A DNA stretch of 40,644 bases from a virus (lineage: Duplodnaviria > Caudoviricetes). The stretch is taken from IMG/VR virus record IMGVR_UViG_3300045526_000169, positions 1 through 40,644 of that record; one strand, written 5' to 3'. The position numbers and the translations under genes are program-made. Below, piece after piece: positions 16,965-26,190 of the stretch (position 1 is its first letter; each line of letters begins with the position of its first letter). The notes below the pieces were generated by a model. It was not told where the DNA came from. It saw only the letters and a list, made by a program, of their open reading frames with translations, and ran no database searches.

Positions 16965-16996
16965 CTAATTTACGAAAAAAATATTACAATTACAAA
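16965..16996 (-). promoter_or_regulatory. Bacteroidota sigmaA-type promoter
   Basis: TTTG (16993-16996), 20 nt, TAAATTAG (16965-16972). Confidence 0.65.
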
Positions 16997-17799
16997 TCTT
17001 CTAATAAAGAACTTTCAATTTTTTCAATTAATTTCTTTGCGATAGTTCTTGTATGGATTGAAATATTATCTGTCTTGGTAATCCACTTTAGATATCCTGT
17101 ACTTTCTTTGATATCCATATCAAGTACATCTTTATCTAAATGTTTACCAACTGCGAACTTAATTTTCTTATCTTCTACTTTAAAGAATCTACCAGCATCT
17201 AAGAATTCAGCGCTAGATACCAATTCCATTTCACTATTCTTTTCAATTATTTTATCCAAGATAAAAATAGTTGCACCAATATCAGCATCAGCACTATGTG
17301 AATTAGTCAAAGACTCACCTGATTCTCTCTCGTAGATTGCTTCTAAAGTATTCGGGTACATTTGTAAATACAACTTATAAACATCAATTGTCTTATTCTT
17401 GATAATAGAAGTAGCAAGACCAATTTTGTTCTGTAACAACTTTTCAATAAGAAAAGGAATATCAAACCTATCGGAATTGAACCCACATAATATATTTTCT
17501 TTAGTCAAGAAACCATCATAAATCTTTTGTGCATCTGTACCGAACATTGGGTAATCTACCAAGTCTTCATTTCTAAATCCATGTTTACCAAATGCTTCTT
17601 CTGTAATTGGTACAATTACATTGTACATTGAGTTATGTTCAGTAAAGTCTTTTCCATCGTACCTACACAAATAGATTTGTAAGATTTCATCTTTCATCAA
17701 ATCTAAACCAGTAGATTCAATATCCAAGAATACTATTGGTTGTTCGACCTTTTGGTAAATTCTATCTAATAGAATTTTTATTTGTTTTTTATCTGTCAT
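16990..17799 (-). CDS. DEDDh 3'-5' exonuclease (Pol III epsilon-like)
   Basis: ExoI FLDIESTG, ExoII GFNSDRFD, ExoIII HSADAD; C-terminal GKH...YLKW module. Confidence 0.88.
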   Translation of the reverse strand: MTDKKQIKILLDRIYQKVEQPIVFLDIESTGLDLMKDEILQIYLCRYDGKDFTEHNSMYNVIVPITEEAFGKHGFRNEDLVDYPMFGTDAQKIYDGFLTKENILCGFNSDRFDIPFLIEKLLQNKIGLATSIIKNKTIDVYKLYLQMYPNTLEAIYERESGESLTNSHSADADIGATIFILDKIIEKNSEMELVSSAEFLDAGRFFKVEDKKIKFAVGKHLDKDVLDMDIKESTGYLKWITKTDNISIHTRTIAKKLIEKIESSLLEDL

Positions 17800-17800
17800 A

Positions 17801-18067
17801 TTATCCTAAAATAAATTGCTGAGTTGGTTCGATATATCGAGAAATCAATTCTAATTCTCCGTAGTTAGTTCCTTTTCTAAAGTCAATATTACTATCAGTC
17901 AAGAATACTACTGAGTTGGTTTTACTGCAATATTGTGGTTCTGACCCCAATAATGCTTTTGTATTATTAATATCAATCTCATGAATAGAATCTATTTCTT
18001 TCCATAACATAGTTTGTCCATTCTTTTCTACGATATTCCAATTTTCTAATAAACTTTTTGTTTCCAT
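17801..18067 (-). CDS. hypothetical protein
   Basis: 88-aa ORF, 1-bp gap to the exonuclease gene. Confidence 0.6.
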   Translation of the reverse strand: METKSLLENWNIVEKNGQTMLWKEIDSIHEIDINNTKALLGSEPQYCSKTNSVVFLTDSNIDFRKGTNYGELELISRYIEPTQQFILG

Positions 18068-18113
18068 TATAAAATTTAATTTGTTTAATTATTAAAAACA
18101 AAAAAAGGATATA

Positions 18114-18440
18114 TTATTTTATATCCTCTTTTGTTAATTCATACATTGCTAATGCTGCACAAAATCTTTCAACTGAACCTTTGAAAAATCTACCATCTAT
18201 TGGGTATCGCGCTTCAATTGAGTGTGCATATACTTCGAAATCTGGTTGATTATAATACTGACCAATCTCTTCTATCATCTCAAAGAAATCTTCGTTCTCT
18301 ATATGATTATGAAAACATTCTCGTGCCTCTTCAAATCTTGAAAAAAATCTTAAATCCAACAAGAATTTATTTTTGATTATTCTAGATTCGCAGTCGGTTT
18401 TAATATATTCCAACAATCTATCTACTCCAAATTGGTCCAT
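18114..18440 (-). CDS. hypothetical protein
   Basis: 108-aa ORF in a co-oriented run. Confidence 0.6.
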   Translation of the reverse strand: MDQFGVDRLLEYIKTDCESRIIKNKFLLDLRFFSRFEEARECFHNHIENEDFFEMIEEIGQYYNQPDFEVYAHSIEARYPIDGRFFKGSVERFCAALAMYELTKEDIK

Positions 18441-18444
18441 TACA

Positions 18445-18774
18445 TTACTTTTGAAGAACTAAAATACTATCTTTAATTGTTGCATGTAACTTCATCATCT
18501 GAGGTTTTCTATCAAGTCTAGAAATCTTGTCATCCAATCCAAGATAACATTTCATTTTTTCAGTTCTCAATATTTCTGGAAAACTGTCGATTTTTGCTCT
18601 TTGTTGTTTAACAATATGCGTAACCGAATCTAATGTGTGTATCATCTGTTTTTCAGATATTTCCATTTTGGAAATAGTTCTTGATTTACTACAAGATTTA
18701 AAGTAAAATAAAAATGCAAACACTAAAACAATATAGAATTTATATTTCTTCAATAATTCTATCAATTTGTTCAT
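18445..18774 (-). CDS. protein with N-terminal membrane anchor and coiled coil (spanin-like?)
   Basis: FYIVLVFAFLFYF then KSC and a helical region. Confidence 0.5.
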   Translation of the reverse strand: MNKLIELLKKYKFYIVLVFAFLFYFKSCSKSRTISKMEISEKQMIHTLDSVTHIVKQQRAKIDSFPEILRTEKMKCYLGLDDKISRLDRKPQMMKLHATIKDSILVLQK

Positions 18775-18795
18775 ATCTTCTTTTATTATTTTTTT

Positions 18796-18819
18796 AAAAA
18801 AAGGGAGATTACTCTCCCT
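18796..18819 (-). terminator. intrinsic terminator
   Basis: AGGGAGA-GTAA-TCTCCCT then a T-run on the minus strand. Confidence 0.8.
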
Positions 18820-18827
18820 AACATACT

Positions 18828-19334
18828 TTAGTGTACAGACTTTAATGTATTTTCAATTTCTACATTTTCTATACCATTTACCGCAGCTTCTGGTACTATA
18901 CCTTGCTCTGCTGCATGTAATTCAAATCCAGCATCTTGTAACAACTGGTCATCATTGTTGATTTGTTGTACTACTTCAGAAAGTGCAACTAATGTATTTT
19001 TTACAATATGTAAGTAGTCTACACCTTTAGACTTAGACACTAATACAAAGTGAAATAATGCTCTTACTGATTCTCGTGTACAAGCAACTTCCATATTACT
19101 ATCTAATGAACTAACCATTTCTACCATTTCATATACATCGAATGCACCCCTATTCTCCCATTCTAAGTTAGGTAAGAAAACCAAAGTCAAATATTCAATT
19201 TGTTCTTTTTCTAATTTTAATCCATATTTCTTCTCAGAAATTTCTTTATTCAGTTTATCGAATTTAGATTGTAATTCTTCAAAACTTGTGGTTGTAATGT
19301 CACCACCTAAGACACGTTCTACTTTTTTTGTCAT
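18828..19334 (-). CDS. hypothetical protein
   Basis: 168-aa ORF followed by a terminator. Confidence 0.65.
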   Translation of the reverse strand: MTKKVERVLGGDITTTSFEELQSKFDKLNKEISEKKYGLKLEKEQIEYLTLVFLPNLEWENRGAFDVYEMVEMVSSLDSNMEVACTRESVRALFHFVLVSKSKGVDYLHIVKNTLVALSEVVQQINNDDQLLQDAGFELHAAEQGIVPEAAVNGIENVEIENTLKSVH

Positions 19335-19345
19335 TTTGATTTTAT

Positions 19346-19873
19346 TTAAAAGTTAAAAGTTAATTTGCTGTATTTATTATTCATCAATAGTATTGAATTG
19401 TCATATTGAAACATTAAATGATACATAATACTATTTTTATCTATTAAAAGATTGTCTGTTTCCAATCCTTCAAAGTAACTACTATTGGTTAATTCTTTTA
19501 TACCTAATTTTGAGTTCATAATCAAGTTGGTAAAATAGTGCAACTTATCAAAATCAGTCAAATGGTATATTTTATCTGTAGGTACCCCATCTTTAGTTTT
19601 GAAATTAGATTTTGGTATATCAAAATTTTCAATATCTATATTTGCTAATCTATGATTATTTTTATGATTTCCCAAAAGATATGCTAATGTAGAATGTAGA
19701 ATTGATACTCCATCATATGTAGCATCTTCACCAAAGGATATTCTATACCCCTTTAATGCAATCTCTAATTCCAAGAAACAATTTTCTGCTATATTATGTC
19801 TCTTATCTTCTAATTGTGACTCATCGATTGGATTGAGTACTACATTTCCATTTTCATCTTTTACTATTTGCAT
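19346..19873 (-). CDS. hypothetical protein
   Basis: 175-aa ORF in a co-oriented run. Confidence 0.65.
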   Translation of the reverse strand: MQIVKDENGNVVLNPIDESQLEDKRHNIAENCFLELEIALKGYRISFGEDATYDGVSILHSTLAYLLGNHKNNHRLANIDIENFDIPKSNFKTKDGVPTDKIYHLTDFDKLHYFTNLIMNSKLGIKELTNSSYFEGLETDNLLIDKNSIMYHLMFQYDNSILLMNNKYSKLTFNF

Positions 19874-19884
19874 ATATATTTAAA

Positions 19885-20409
19885 TTAAAAAAATACTGAA
19901 ATTATTTTATAGAACCCGAAAAATACTAAACTTATCATAGAAAGTACTACTAATGAAATTATTACTGTACTCAATCCAACTAGTATAGTCTTCTTAGATG
20001 AAGTATCTGTTATAGGTACAAGCGAACAAAATAATGAATAGGGACTCTCAGGTATTCCCATTAATTCCATTGGTTCAAGATAGCTAGTAACTCCAATAGG
20101 TAAGTGTTTATCAAGAATCTTTAGACTATTTGTATATGCTGCCTCTTGCGTTCCAGTATTTTCAAATAGTTCTTTTGATTTAAAGTTCAAGATATAATAT
20201 ATCTCTCCTGTAGAACTATCATATCTAACTGGGTCACCTGTCATATTAGTAGGATAATCAAAATTTTCTATGAAATTTTTTTGTAGTTCATCGGATTCTT
20301 CTTCAAAGAAAATTTTTAGAACCTCCTTTATTTTTCTACATTGCATATAGTCCTTCCAATAGTAAACACTAAATGCCCAATATATTATATTAGTCAAGGT
20401 ACTCATCAT
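19885..20409 (-). CDS. hypothetical membrane-anchored protein
   Basis: Long C-terminal hydrophobic segment. Confidence 0.6.
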   Translation of the reverse strand: MMSTLTNIIYWAFSVYYWKDYMQCRKIKEVLKIFFEEESDELQKNFIENFDYPTNMTGDPVRYDSSTGEIYYILNFKSKELFENTGTQEAAYTNSLKILDKHLPIGVTSYLEPMELMGIPESPYSLFCSLVPITDTSSKKTILVGLSTVIISLVVLSMISLVFFGFYKIISVFF

Positions 20410-20986
20410 ATATATCTACGTTTTTCTTAATTTTCTTTTTTGCTTGAAAAATTCTATTTGCTACAATTTGAGTATTTATATTGTACTTTTCGGCAATATC
20501 ATTTCCACTCATTCTATTTGCATATGTATCATAAAGAATATCATAAGTAATACTATCACCAATAACATCTTTTATATTATTCCAAAAAGTATTTATGTTC
20601 TCATCTTCAATATACTCATCTTCTATATTAGAAATAGTAGATTCCATAGAATTTTCATAAATCTTGTTTAAAGTATATCCAGCATCTATAGAGTATGAAT
20701 CAGTTAAAGAAGACTTTGTATTATTTCTAATTAACTTTTGTTTAGTCTTTAAATAAATCATAGTACTAATGCTATACTTTTCAACATCTAACTTGTCGAT
20801 ATCATTCCATATAGATATCATTGTTTCGTTGTAAGCATCTTCAATTGCTTCTATAGTATTCTCTTTATATTGCTGGTAATAATTAATTACTCCAGGTTTA
20901 CATAAATCGAAAAGTTGTTTGAAGATTTTTTGAGATTTGGTTTTTTGGAAATCTCTACCTAATTGCTTAATGTTTGGTTTTGACAT
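20390..20986 (-). CDS. phage RNA polymerase sigma factor (sigma70/ECF-like)
   Basis: Region 2-like IEDAYNETMISIW...YSISTMIY; region 4 helix-turn-helix SGNDIAEKYNINTQIVANRIFQAKKKI. Confidence 0.8.
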   Translation of the reverse strand: MSKPNIKQLGRDFQKTKSQKIFKQLFDLCKPGVINYYQQYKENTIEAIEDAYNETMISIWNDIDKLDVEKYSISTMIYLKTKQKLIRNNTKSSLTDSYSIDAGYTLNKIYENSMESTISNIEDEYIEDENINTFWNNIKDVIGDSITYDILYDTYANRMSGNDIAEKYNINTQIVANRIFQAKKKIKKNVDIYDEYLD

Positions 20987-21012
20987 AGAAAAATGGTTTT
21001 AAAGTTGTTAAT

Positions 21013-21021
21013 TATTTAATC
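21013..21021 (-). promoter_or_regulatory. putative late promoter upstream of the sigma gene
   Basis: GATTAAATA on the minus strand, 26 bp before the ATG. Confidence 0.45.
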
Positions 21022-21080
21022 TATAATACAATCCAATTTATAATATAATACATATAAATCTTGAATTATTTCTATAGAAA

Positions 21081-21112
21081 CAAATATACTAAACTTTTTT
21101 TAATAAAACAAA
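21081..21112 (-). promoter_or_regulatory. Bacteroidota sigmaA-type promoter, perfect consensus
   Basis: TTTG (21109-21112), 20 nt, TATATTTG (21081-21088). Confidence 0.8.
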
Positions 21113-21166
21113 TGTTTAGCAAAAAAATATTTTTTTTTTCACCACAATGGGTACTATTGTTATCTT

Positions 21167-21248
21167 GATTAAATAAAGAAAGAACCATCATCGGACTGCA
21201 ATCCTAGGTTCTTTCAAAAAATAATTAAAAATTATGAATTATTTAATC
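21167..21248 (+). promoter_or_regulatory. homing endonuclease leader element, copy 3
   Basis: GATTAAATAA 21167-21176; outer stem 21178-21186/21207-21215; inner GGA-CTGCAA-TCC; complement TTATTTAATC at 21239-21248. Confidence 0.75.
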
Positions 21249-22145
21249 CATAAAGATTATAGTCCAGAAACTCCCTATTACTTTTATAAAACTACAAATT
21301 TATTGAACGGAAAGTTCTATTATGGAAGTGGAAGCAAAGAAAATTATATCGGTAGTGGTGTAGCACTAAACGGAGCAATCAAGAAATACGGAAAAGACAA
21401 TTTCAAACACGAAAGACTAAGATACTTCAAAACCCGACAAGATGCATATAATTTCGAGGATAGATTTTTAAAACTATTCAATTTAAGACGTTTAAAAAAG
21501 GCTTACAATTTAAAGAACAACGGAAGAGGTCCAGATGGATATAGTCATACCGAGGAAACTAAAGATAAAATTAGTAATTCTATAAAAAATCTATACAAAG
21601 ATATCGAATACTATAATAATTTTTGTAATTCTTTTGTTGGTGAAAAAAATCCATTCTATGGCAAAAAACATACAGAAGAAACAAAACATAGATTGAGCGA
21701 AAGTAAAAAGGGAATAGAGACGAATTCACTAAAGTGTTTTGTTGATATATATGGAGAAAAAGAGGGAACATTTAGATTCAATGAATGGAATCGAAAGAAA
21801 TCAGAAGCACTAAAAGGAAGAGAATATTCAGAAGAAACCTTGAAGTTGATGTCCCAAAAGAAACAAGGTGTTTATGATGGAGAAAAGAATCCTATGTACG
21901 GCAAACAACACAAAGAGTCCAGTAAAGCAAAAATGTCCCAAAAGAAACAAGGTGTTTTTGATGGAGAAAAGAATCCTATGTATGGAAAGAGAGGAGATAA
22001 GTCTCCGATAGCAGGTACATATTTGATTGAAGGAGTTATTATTAGTAGTCTTCAAAATGTAGCATTAAAATATAATATTTCAAAAAAGACCGCTATAAGA
22101 AGAATAAAATCTGAAAAGTATCCAGATTGGTTAAAGATATCTTGA
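21234..22145 (+). CDS. free-standing GIY-YIG homing endonuclease 3 with NUMOD3 repeats
   Basis: Same N-terminal family as endonucleases 1 and 2; GEKNPFYGKKHTEETK; two copies of MSQKKQGVxDGEKNPMYGK at 21849 and 21933 (84-bp period). Confidence 0.88.
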   Translation: MNYLIHKDYSPETPYYFYKTTNLLNGKFYYGSGSKENYIGSGVALNGAIKKYGKDNFKHERLRYFKTRQDAYNFEDRFLKLFNLRRLKKAYNLKNNGRGPDGYSHTEETKDKISNSIKNLYKDIEYYNNFCNSFVGEKNPFYGKKHTEETKHRLSESKKGIETNSLKCFVDIYGEKEGTFRFNEWNRKKSEALKGREYSEETLKLMSQKKQGVYDGEKNPMYGKQHKESSKAKMSQKKQGVFDGEKNPMYGKRGDKSPIAGTYLIEGVIISSLQNVALKYNISKKTAIRRIKSEKYPDWLKIS

Positions 22146-22152
22146 TTAAATA
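22144..22152 (+). promoter_or_regulatory. putative late promoter for the tail sheath gene
   Basis: GATTAAATA 22 bp before the sheath ATG. Confidence 0.65.
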
Positions 22153-22174
22153 ATACAAAATAATTTATATAAAT

Positions 22175-25100
22175 ATGGCATTACCAGTTTATCTTTCAAA
22201 CCTGCGCTCGTCGGGAGTCTATACATTCGAATTCGATAGAAGTCAGATTGTAACTACAACTACATCTACTATTAGACTTTTAATTGGTTTTAGTAAGGTA
22301 GGTCCTTTCAACACTCCTGTATTCTGTCAGGATTCAGCGTTCTTTACGCAAGTGTTCGGACCACGAGACAAACAATTAGAAAAAAAGGGTTCTTATTTCC
22401 ACCTATCGGCATTGGAAATGTTAAGAGAAGCACCTATTATTGTTTTAAATTTATTAAATTTAGACAGTACATTAGACAAAACTGAATTTATTAGTTTCTC
22501 TACTTCTGCTACAGAAGTAAATCAAGAAACAGGATTCGCACCTTTATCGGGTAACTTCAATACTTCCAAGTTCTGGAAATTGGATACTGATAAAACTTTA
22601 AAAAACATCAACAATCAAGAGGGATATACAAAATCTCTATTGAACTTTGTAAATGTTGGTAGAAAAACAATCTCAGTAATCGTAACTCAAGGAAACATCC
22701 AAGGTTTAGATATTACTGCTAAAGATTGGTACGGAGAAGCAGATGTTCCAGAATTTATGGATGGTTCTGATTTGATTAACGATTACTGCGTAAGAGTTAA
22801 TATTATCAAAGGTGACTATACTGATTTTGAAACTCTTTCTGTAGACCCAATCTTAGGTGACTATTTTGATACTAATGGTATCAAGAAAACTTATACTGAT
22901 ACAAACGGAAACGAGTTTGATGGTTTACAAGCACTATTGGAAAATCCTAATGTAATTGAATTAGGAGAGTACGTTGGTGTTCTTATTCCAAATTTCCAAG
23001 ATAAAGAGGGGAATGACTTGTATATCCAAGACTTAGTAAATCTTGAAACTGCATTTACAGGTTTATATTGTGCAGTAGATGAAGACCTTTTTGATGGAAG
23101 TACTTTATTGTCAGGAGATATTATTGATTTACTTGGTGGTACTATCGAAGGAGATACTACTTTGACAAAGATTAATTATCTATCTTACTTAGGTAGCGTT
23201 AAAGAGTCTTTGAGTTATGACACAGTTGGTTATACTGACAACGAAGTTGCATTTATAACAAATACTATAGACAATATTGGAAATGGTTCTTATGGAGGTA
23301 CTGCTAATTCCGTAGTATCATTAACAGATGCAACTGCATATGGATTTACAGGAATGTATGATACTTTAACTATCTATAGTCCATCTGCTGCTGCAGGTGT
23401 TACTGGTTTAAATTCTTTGAATTTTGCTGATGACACTGAATGGTTAGCATTTGCTAAATCTTTAGAAGATAATGTATCTTTCGTAGAGTGTAAGTCAATC
23501 GCAACTGGTGCAAACCCAGCAAGTGCACCTACTACTAATACTACTAAGGCATTAGTAAAAGATGTTTCATTATTATCAGATAGAGTAACTCTACAAATCC
23601 ATTCAAAAAATGAATCAGGAACTGAAGATTTGTACTTTAATGGATACGGATTGGATTTAAATACAGACCTTGGACTAAATGTAACTCCTGCACTTCAAAT
23701 TTTAGCAATTGATGGAGGTAACTATATCTTTACTGCAACTGCTGAACCAGGTATAGACTACAAGTCAGGAACACTATCAAGTGGTGATGAGGTTAAAGTT
23801 ACTGGAGGTGGTTACGAAACTTTCACAATTACTAATGAAACTGCAAGTGGTTTAAGTGGAGATGGTTTAGATGGTTTATTATCTACAGATGTACTTTCTC
23901 ATGGAATTGTGTACTATACTTTAGATGCGCAGACTGCAGTAGTTGATGACCCAATGGTAATCAAGTCTAAGTCAGGAGATATCAACAAGACGTTTGCTGG
24001 TGTTACCAAAATCAATGACTATACTTTCTCTTACTATGTAGGGGCAACTAGTTCATTTAATGAAGGTGATATCCAACCAACTGATTTCTTGGTTAGAGCA
24101 TTTGATAGCGGTGCAACTAAAACTAAAATCGACCCAAGAACTGGAAAAACTAGATATACAAGAATCGAGTCAGTTAAACAAGATACTTTAACTCAAATCG
24201 TAACTGTAAAAACTATTGACCCAGTTTACTTTGATGTAACAAATGATACAGTAGAAAGATACAGGTCAGTACATGAATTTGTAACTAACTACAACGTACA
24301 TGGTCTTGATGGTTTCACAATGAGAGATGCACAACTTCCAAATGGTACTGCACTTAGACAAAATGAAATCTTAGGTGTACTTACTAATACTGGTTTGTTC
24401 ACAGCACTTGCAGATAAAGAGGCAATTACCTTTAGATATGTTGTAGATTCATTTGAAGGTCTTATCGAACCAAATAGTAAGAATGTACTTTCTTCTCTTT
24501 GTAAGACAAGACAATTTGCAACTGCAATCTTGAATGCACCATCAGTTAAACAATTTGATAGTTCAACTAATCCATTATTCAAATTGAATAGTGCAGCAGA
24601 CTACGACCCAAGATATGTACCAACAGGTGGTAATCAAGATTACAACCCAAGTAATACATTCTCTTTACCAACATTAAATCAAGGTTCTAACTACTGTGGT
24701 TTCTACCACCCTTACTTAGTATTGAGAGAAGGACCTAGTGTTAAGTTGGTTCCACCAGCAGCATATGTATCTAACAACTATATTGCAAAATATAGAACAG
24801 GACAACCTTATGATATTATTGCTGGACCTAGAAGAGGTGTAGTTGCAGGTAGTAATATTATCGGTGTTGAGGATATCTATGATAGAAGAGGGTTAGATTA
24901 TGTTGAACCAATGGGATTAAATGTTATCGTTCCAACTAGAGGAATTGGAAACGTAATCAATGCTAACCAAACAGCACAACAAAATATCAAATCTGCACTA
25001 TCAAGTATCCACGTTAGAGAATTGTTAATCTATATCGAGGAAACTGTAGAACAAATTCTTAAATCATATAGATGGGAATTAAACACAGTTCAGACTAGAT

Positions 25101-25333
25101 TAGAAATCAAAACTTTAGTAGATGGTTTCTTAGGTAGAATCCAAAATGATGGTGGATTATATGCGTTTGAAACAGTAATGAATACACTTAATAATACTCC
25201 TGAAGTTATTGATAATGATTTAGGTATTATTGATATAGCAGTAGAACCAACAAGAGGTTTAGGTAAACTTGTTCAACGAGTTACTATTCTTAGAACTGGT
25301 GGAATTGCTGCAGGTGAGTTCACAGTAGGATAA
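22175..25333 (+). CDS. contractile tail sheath protein (gp18-like) with a large insertion region
   Basis: N-terminal SSGVYTFEFDRS, GPFNTP; C-terminal VPPAAYV, AGPRRG, IHVRELLIYIE, NNTPEVID...IDIAVEP. Confidence 0.92.
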   Translation: MALPVYLSNLRSSGVYTFEFDRSQIVTTTTSTIRLLIGFSKVGPFNTPVFCQDSAFFTQVFGPRDKQLEKKGSYFHLSALEMLREAPIIVLNLLNLDSTLDKTEFISFSTSATEVNQETGFAPLSGNFNTSKFWKLDTDKTLKNINNQEGYTKSLLNFVNVGRKTISVIVTQGNIQGLDITAKDWYGEADVPEFMDGSDLINDYCVRVNIIKGDYTDFETLSVDPILGDYFDTNGIKKTYTDTNGNEFDGLQALLENPNVIELGEYVGVLIPNFQDKEGNDLYIQDLVNLETAFTGLYCAVDEDLFDGSTLLSGDIIDLLGGTIEGDTTLTKINYLSYLGSVKESLSYDTVGYTDNEVAFITNTIDNIGNGSYGGTANSVVSLTDATAYGFTGMYDTLTIYSPSAAAGVTGLNSLNFADDTEWLAFAKSLEDNVSFVECKSIATGANPASAPTTNTTKALVKDVSLLSDRVTLQIHSKNESGTEDLYFNGYGLDLNTDLGLNVTPALQILAIDGGNYIFTATAEPGIDYKSGTLSSGDEVKVTGGGYETFTITNETASGLSGDGLDGLLSTDVLSHGIVYYTLDAQTAVVDDPMVIKSKSGDINKTFAGVTKINDYTFSYYVGATSSFNEGDIQPTDFLVRAFDSGATKTKIDPRTGKTRYTRIESVKQDTLTQIVTVKTIDPVYFDVTNDTVERYRSVHEFVTNYNVHGLDGFTMRDAQLPNGTALRQNEILGVLTNTGLFTALADKEAITFRYVVDSFEGLIEPNSKNVLSSLCKTRQFATAILNAPSVKQFDSSTNPLFKLNSAADYDPRYVPTGGNQDYNPSNTFSLPTLNQGSNYCGFYHPYLVLREGPSVKLVPPAAYVSNNYIAKYRTGQPYDIIAGPRRGVVAGSNIIGVEDIYDRRGLDYVEPMGLNVIVPTRGIGNVINANQTAQQNIKSALSSIHVRELLIYIEETVEQILKSYRWELNTVQTRLEIKTLVDGFLGRIQNDGGLYAFETVMNTLNNTPEVIDNDLGIIDIAVEPTRGLGKLVQRVTILRTGGIAAGEFTVG

Positions 25334-25353
25334 TCAAACTACTTAATATAAAG

Positions 25354-25384
25354 AAAGGGCAATCAGAAATGGTTGTCCTTTTTT
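25354..25384 (+). terminator. intrinsic terminator after the sheath gene
   Basis: AAAGGGCAATCA-GAAA-TGGTTGTCCTTT plus T-run. Confidence 0.8.
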
Positions 25385-25464
25385 GATTAAATAAAAAAGG
25401 AACCATTATCGGATTGCACTCCTAGGTTCCTTTAAAAATAATAAATTTTTATGAATTATTTAAT
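25385..25464 (+). promoter_or_regulatory. homing endonuclease leader element, copy 4
   Basis: GATTAAATAA; outer stem 25396-25404/25425-25433; inner GGA-TTGCAC-TCC; complement TTATTTAAT at 25456-25464. Confidence 0.75.
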
Positions 25465-26131
25465 ACAAGAACAAAGTAGATATATTTTCGTATATCAAAC
25501 AAAAAACATAATTAATGGAAAAATCTATATAGGTGTACACAGTACAACTAATTTAGAAGATGGATATATTGGAAATAGTATATATCGACAAAGTGATGTT
25601 GATTCAAGGAAAGAGAAAGTGGGATTAGTTGCAGCAGTTAGAAAATATGGATATGAAAATTTCAAAAGAGATATACTAAAGTTTTTTGATACCGAAGAAG
25701 AAGCATATTTATACGAAGCAGAATTGGTAACAGAAGAGTTTGTAGTAAGAAATAATAATTACAATATAGCAGTTGGTGGAAGAGGTGGTAATACGAGAGC
25801 AGGTTTTACGGAAGAACAAATGATAGATTATAAAAGAAAACTATCCGAAGGTGTACTAAGAGCGAAAGACGAGGGAAGAGGATTTACTGAACAACATTCA
25901 GACGAAACTATAGAAAAACTTAGTATAATTCAAAAAGAAAAAATGAAAGAGATAGTAACAGATGAATATCGAAACAAGTTGAGTAGTGCATCTAAAGAGA
26001 GTTGGAAAAATAGAAAATCATATAAAACTATTATTGTTATAGATGGTATCGAATATGAATCTAAAAGAAGTGCGGCAAATATACTCGGTATTGGCAGAGG
26101 TAGATTAAATACTATAATAAAGAATCAATAA
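25451..26131 (+). CDS. free-standing GIY-YIG (Seg-like) homing endonuclease 4
   Basis: FVYQTKNIINGKIYIGVH, YIG, KYGYENF, AYLYE, YNIAVGG; HSDETIEKLS. Confidence 0.88.
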   Translation: MNYLIQEQSRYIFVYQTKNIINGKIYIGVHSTTNLEDGYIGNSIYRQSDVDSRKEKVGLVAAVRKYGYENFKRDILKFFDTEEEAYLYEAELVTEEFVVRNNNYNIAVGGRGGNTRAGFTEEQMIDYKRKLSEGVLRAKDEGRGFTEQHSDETIEKLSIIQKEKMKEIVTDEYRNKLSSASKESWKNRKSYKTIIVIDGIEYESKRSAANILGIGRGRLNTIIKNQ

Positions 26132-26140
26132 AATTAAGTT

Positions 26141-26149
26141 GATTAAATA
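26141..26149 (+). promoter_or_regulatory. putative late promoter for the tail tube gene
   Basis: GATTAAATA, with a second copy at 26103-26111. Confidence 0.6.
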
Positions 26150-26190
26150 ATATAAGAAATAAAAAATAAACAAAAATAAATTATAATTGT

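Noticed and set aside
5113-25464. Endonuclease leader hairpins as simple terminators, tRNA fragments or CRISPR repeats
   Set aside because: They follow a promoter motif, have an internal loop and end in an A-rich tract. They form no cloverleaf and are dispersed, not arrayed. Some attenuator role is not excluded.
21234-26131. Group I introns or inteins around the homing endonucleases or in the long sheath gene
   Set aside because: Flanking genes are intact, intergenic space is too short for intron cores, and no intein splice motifs were recognised.
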